A DNA stretch of 64,000 nucleotides from an uncultured cyanobacterium (lineage in GTDB: Bacteria; Cyanobacteriota; Cyanobacteriia; Cyanobacteriales; Nostocaceae), in contig CAVUDP010000002.1 of the NCBI GenBank assembly GCA_963740315.1, positions 1,248,001 to 1,312,000 on the forward strand, given 5' to 3'. Within the stretch, counting starts at the first letter, position 1. Each line of letters opens with the position of its first letter. A program made the translations under genes and the position numbers. Shown here piece after piece: positions 59,877 through 64,000 of the stretch. The notes under the pieces were generated by a model. It did no database searches, was not told where the DNA came from, and saw nothing but the letters and a program-made list of their open reading frames with translations.

Positions 59877-60863
59877 GTGAGATTTATTTTACTAGTTATT
59901 GTTGCAGCGATTGTCGGATTATTTGTAGCTACAGAAATCGGATTGCGTTTGCTGTTTGGTTTTGGCAATCCTTTAACTTATGTTGGCGATGAAAAAATAG
60001 GTTATTTATTAGCTCCTTCTCAACGTACTCGCCGTTTTGGTAATCGTATAGAAATTAATCAGTATTCTATGCGAGGTGCAAATATTCAACAGACACCTTT
60101 ACCTTCAAGCTTGCGAATATTACTTTTAGGAGATTCTATAGCTAATGGTGGTTGGTGGACTGACCAAAAGAATACTATTTCTAGTTTAATGATGGATTCT
60201 TTGAATAAAAATGTATCTCCGAATATTCCGCAAGTGGAGGTATTAAACGCTTCAGCTAATTCCTGGGGACCGAGAAACGAACTAGCCTATTTACAACGGT
60301 TTGGCAGCTTCGGCGCGAAAGCTGTAGTATTACTAATTAATACCGATGACTTATTTTCCACCGCTCCCACTTCACTACCAGTCGGACGCGATCGCAATTA
60401 TCCCTCGCAAAAACCACCTCTAGCATTAGCCGAAATATTAAATCGCTACATCATCAACCAAAAACCGATACCGGGACTCAAAGAGCTACAAAATGAAAGT
60501 GGCGATCGCGTTGGTATTAACTTAAAAGCCATTAGTCAAGTTCAAGAATTTACTCGCGAAAACAATATGCAATTTTTACTCGCCATGACTCCCTTATTGC
60601 GAGAAATTGAGCAACCACCCCGCGATTACGAAATTAAAGCACGTCAACGCCTACAAGAGTTTACCAAAACCCAAGGTATCACCTACATCGATTTTCTACC
60701 TATATTCAACTCCTCCCAAAACCCAAAAGCTTTATATCACGACCACATCCATTTCAATTTACAAGGAAATCAGTTAATAAGTGAAGTAATTGAACAAATA
60801 CTATTTGAATTACTACAGCAAGATGCAAATAATAGCCCTAAAGTCGGATTAGCTCAGCCATAA
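59877..60863 (+). CDS. SGNH/GDSL hydrolase family protein
   Basis: LLGDS block I, NTDD, DHIHFN; N-terminal TM. Confidence 0.85.
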   Translation: MRFILLVIVAAIVGLFVATEIGLRLLFGFGNPLTYVGDEKIGYLLAPSQRTRRFGNRIEINQYSMRGANIQQTPLPSSLRILLLGDSIANGGWWTDQKNTISSLMMDSLNKNVSPNIPQVEVLNASANSWGPRNELAYLQRFGSFGAKAVVLLINTDDLFSTAPTSLPVGRDRNYPSQKPPLALAEILNRYIINQKPIPGLKELQNESGDRVGINLKAISQVQEFTRENNMQFLLAMTPLLREIEQPPRDYEIKARQRLQEFTKTQGITYIDFLPIFNSSQNPKALYHDHIHFNLQGNQLISEVIEQILFELLQQDANNSPKVGLAQP

Positions 60864-61095
60864 TACAATACTGATTTTGAGATACTAAGCTGCAATGTTT
60901 CAAAATCAGTATTATTCAAAACTTTTAATAAGAATTAACAAGTTTTGAGTATTTTTACATAGTTACTTTAAGTAAACGTTCCATATCAATAAAACTTTAG
61001 CAAAATAAGCTTATCACGTAAAGAAAAACGTTACTGCCTATCTATACAGTTCGTTGATAAAATCATTGATTGCTAAAAGGAATAAGGTTAAAAAC

Positions 61096-61644
61096 ATGGA
61101 CGTTAATAAACTTTTAAACCAATACAGAGCCGGAGAAAAAGATTTTAGTGGAGCTAATCTCCATCAAGCTAATCTTCAAAATATTGACTTAAGCGGCATA
61201 AACTTATCTAGAGCCGATTTAAGCGGAGCCGATTTAAGTGGGACTAAATTAAGAGGATGCAATTTAAGTCAAGCAAATTTAACTGATGCAGATTTGAGTG
61301 GAGCCGATTTAAGCGATGCAAATCTAAGCGAGATAAATCTAATTGGTGCAGACCTAATTAATGCCAACCTAGAAAGAGCCAACTTACAAAAAGCAGATTT
61401 GCGGAGTGCAAATTTGGTAAATGCGAATATGGTTCGAGCTAATCTTGCAGAAGCAGAACTCAGTGGTGCTGACTTAACTAAAGCTAATCTCAATGATGCT
61501 AATTTAACTGATAGTAATATTAGTGAAGCTTTGAGCAGTGATGGGAATTTAGTCCAATCTAAGATTACAAATCAAGAAATAAATGAAAAACAAACCCACG
61601 TAGGTACATCCCACAGATGGGTAAGTTGGGCTGGTAGCCGATAA
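61096..61644 (+). CDS. Pentapeptide repeat protein
   Basis: MDVNKLLNQYRAGEKDF followed by A(D/N)LxX repeats; ORF open from 61054. Confidence 0.88.
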   Translation: MDVNKLLNQYRAGEKDFSGANLHQANLQNIDLSGINLSRADLSGADLSGTKLRGCNLSQANLTDADLSGADLSDANLSEINLIGADLINANLERANLQKADLRSANLVNANMVRANLAEAELSGADLTKANLNDANLTDSNISEALSSDGNLVQSKITNQEINEKQTHVGTSHRWVSWAGSR

Positions 61645-61651
61645 CATTTTT

Positions 61652-61718
61652 TGTAGAGACGTAGCACTGCTACGTCTCCCCATGCACTGCTACGTCTCCC
61701 CATGCACTGCTACGTCTT
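61652..61718. repeat. GTAGAGACG..CGTCTCTAC REP-like element with 20-bp tandem expansion (related copies ~3165, ~9760)
   Basis: GCACTGCTACGTCT occurs three times at 20-bp spacing. Confidence 0.7.
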
Positions 61719-61731
61719 CCTATATTTACCC

Positions 61732-62382
61732 TTACCCAAAACTAGGCTTATGTCGAATCAAATTCATAAATTCGTCGCGAGTTCTAGCATCTTCTGCAAA
61801 TACTCCTCGCATAGCGCTAGTAACAGTCCAAGAGCCAGGTTTTTGTACTCCACGCATTACCATACACATATGACTGGCTTCTAAAACCACACCCACCCCT
61901 TGTGGTTTGAGCAAACCTTGCAACGCATCAGCAATTTGTACGGTAAGACGTTCCTGTACCTGCAAACGTCGTGCATACATTTCGCAAATTCGAGCAATTT
62001 TAGATAATCCGATTACCTTTCCATTAGGAATATACGCTACATGAGCGCGACCAATAACTGGTAGAATATGATGCTCGCAAGAACTGAAAATATCGATATC
62101 CCGAACTAATACCATTTCGTTGGCATCTTCTGTAAATACCGCACCATTTAACAGTTCATCCAAGGATTCATGATATCCCTTGGTAAGAAATCGTAAAGCT
62201 TTGACAACTCTATGGGGCGTATCTTTTAGTCCTTCACGCTCTGGATCTTCTCCTAACCCAATCAGTAAAATACGTACAGCCTGCATCATTTCTGCATCCG
62301 TTACATTCTGCTGACTTTCTGTGGATAAAGACGATAACGTCCGCTTAGAAGAAGGCTGTTCGGGACGAATAGATAGAGTCAT
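61732..62382 (-). CDS. folE: GTP cyclohydrolase I
   Basis: [41 protein letters not shown]. Confidence 0.96.
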   Translation of the reverse strand: MTLSIRPEQPSSKRTLSSLSTESQQNVTDAEMMQAVRILLIGLGEDPEREGLKDTPHRVVKALRFLTKGYHESLDELLNGAVFTEDANEMVLVRDIDIFSSCEHHILPVIGRAHVAYIPNGKVIGLSKIARICEMYARRLQVQERLTVQIADALQGLLKPQGVGVVLEASHMCMVMRGVQKPGSWTVTSAMRGVFAEDARTRDEFMNLIRHKPSFG

Positions 62383-62689
62383 TACCTAAGTTCCATTACT
62401 TATCAATAATTAGTATTTAGTATTTAGTTGCTGGTAGTTAGTTTCTGCTAGCATCACCTTTATCCCAACCACTAATTACTAACTTTTTCTTAATACTTCT
62501 CAAGCATAACAAATTCTATTTAATTTTAAAAAATTAATTTCTCTTGTATGGAAGTTCGTTATAATATCGATAAAAATGTTTTTTTCAACTGTATAATTTA
62601 GGATTTATTTAACATTATAACGTGTCAGTTTTAACTCTATTCAACGCCTCATTAACTTGTACGGAAGAAACATCATTTTAAATAGATAT

Positions 62690-62947
62690 TTAAGTATTTT
62701 CTACAAGAAGATAAATATCAGCGTATTCGATATCCGCAATCTTTTTATGAATCTTATACTGCTGTACGGGATTTTTCATCACCAAAATTACTGTTTCAAT
62801 TGGCGGACATTCAGGTTCGCTACACTGTAACTGACTTAGAGAAATAGAAATTTCTTCATCTATTTCCAAACATTGGTAAATCCATTCCTTAACTTGCTTA
62901 ATTTGTTGAGAAGATACTTCAGTTGCAATACCTTTAGAAAACTTCAT
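62690..62947 (-). CDS. Small hypothetical protein with CxEPxCPP motif
   Basis: QCSEPECPPIETVI. Confidence 0.6.
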   Translation of the reverse strand: MKFSKGIATEVSSQQIKQVKEWIYQCLEIDEEISISLSQLQCSEPECPPIETVILVMKNPVQQYKIHKKIADIEYADIYLLVENT

Positions 62948-63177
62948 ATTTATGATTAATTATAGGATTTACTTTTTCTTGCGATCGCCACGCGATATTA
63001 GAACCATTAATTATTGACTAAGTTCCATTGCTTGCCCTTAACTCGTAAATTATTTTGTGCAACAATCAAAAAAAATTCATATTTAAAACTACCCTTTCGG
63101 GTACCATACAGTTTCCGGAATTATAAAAATATACACTGTTGATTTTTTCTATAGATTAATAATTATCAGAAAAAATC

Positions 63178-64000
63178 ATGCCTCAAACATACAGAACTCG
63201 TACTTATGACATCATCGCTTTTGGAGATGAACTTCCCGGTATACTAAGCTTAATCTGTGCCGCACGAGAATATTACCGTCGTACTAATAAATACCCGCGC
63301 AGCTTGCTAATGTTCAAAGGTGATTCGCGACAAGGAGTAGGCGGACACTTAGTACGCGGTGGTTTAAGCTACTTGGATAGGTCATCAATTCCCCTAGAAA
63401 TTCGGCGATCGTACAATTTATCATCTTTCGGAGACGCACCTGCTATCTACGAAGAATTTTTGCAAAGAGTTGGAGTAGTGCAAGTTGCGTTAGATCCACG
63501 GCTAGCAGATCGAGTTTTACGGGAGATGTTGCGAGAAGTTCGCGCCGATGTATTAAGCAATATTGAAATTGAGTCAGTTATCAAGCAGAGTAACAAAATT
63601 GTTGGAATTAATTTAACTAAAAAAGAAACTTACTTAGCCAAGCAGTTTATCGACTCCACCGTAAATGCAGAATTAGCGCAAGCTGCTGGAGTTAAAAAAC
63701 TCAAAGGATTTGAAACCTTCGGCTTACCAGATTCAGAACTTTCAGTTACCTTAGTATTTCAAACTCAAGGCTTGAGCGTACAAAGACTCCAACATATAGA
63801 AAAACTTTACCTCGAACGTTTTACCAATCTTAACGATACACACGCTCAACAGTGGTTAAATCAAGCCGCAGGTAATAACCCCGAAATAGCCAATTTTCTT
63901 AGAGAAGATTTAGTCGATCGCAATGGCAACTTCAAAACCATGTACGTCGGTAAAGACTACATCGATATTCGCTGCAAAGCTCTTTCCATCGCCTATCATT
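63178..64000 (+). CDS. FAD-dependent oxidoreductase-like protein (3' end runs off window)
   Basis: Manual translation: MPQTYRTRTYDIIAFGDELPGI..GGHLVRGGLSYLDRS..FIDSTVNAELAQAAG. Confidence 0.7.
   Translation, partial: MPQTYRTRTYDIIAFGDELPGILSLICAAREYYRRTNKYPRSLLMFKGDSRQGVGGHLVRGGLSYLDRSSIPLEIRRSYNLSSFGDAPAIYEEFLQRVGVVQVALDPRLADRVLREMLREVRADVLSNIEIESVIKQSNKIVGINLTKKETYLAKQFIDSTVNAELAQAAGVKKLKGFETFGLPDSELSVTLVFQTQGLSVQRLQHIEKLYLERFTNLNDTHAQQWLNQAAGNNPEIANFLREDLVDRNGNFKTMYVGKDYIDIRCKALSIAYH

Noticed and set aside
62400..63177. Zur-type regulation of folE and the CxEPxCPP gene
   Set aside because: No convincing TGATAATNATTATCA box found

Overview
AT-rich DNA from a filamentous (Nostocales-like) cyanobacterium, judged by frequent HIP1 GCGATCGC, heptamer STRR tracts, rpaB, LEVG PEP-CTERM genes and Anabaena-type LexA boxes. 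Housekeeping genes (radA, rpaB, ssb-like, lexA, argF, folE, tRNA-Thr, ABC ATPases) are mixed with three accessory systems. (1) A non-autonomous IscB/omegaRNA (HEARO-type) element at 4155-5762. Deleting it in silico restores a 67-aa Cys-rich gene and exposes the predicted guide and an ATGA TAM. (2) A ~17 kb DNA phosphorothioation locus: dndC-dndD-dndE, a PT-associated methyltransferase, two DGQHR proteins and a PbeABCD-like module, with a repeat-flanked aminotransferase + DGQHR cassette inside it. (3) Next to tRNA-Thr, a compact four-gene unit: TPR-CHAT protease, a 120-aa protein, an unannotated 46-aa peptide that copies that protein's C-terminal tail with a K-to-Q change, and a 470-aa coiled-coil/2TM protein. 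This last unit is the best candidate for an undescribed protease-gated system. No database searches were run; family calls come from motif recognition.
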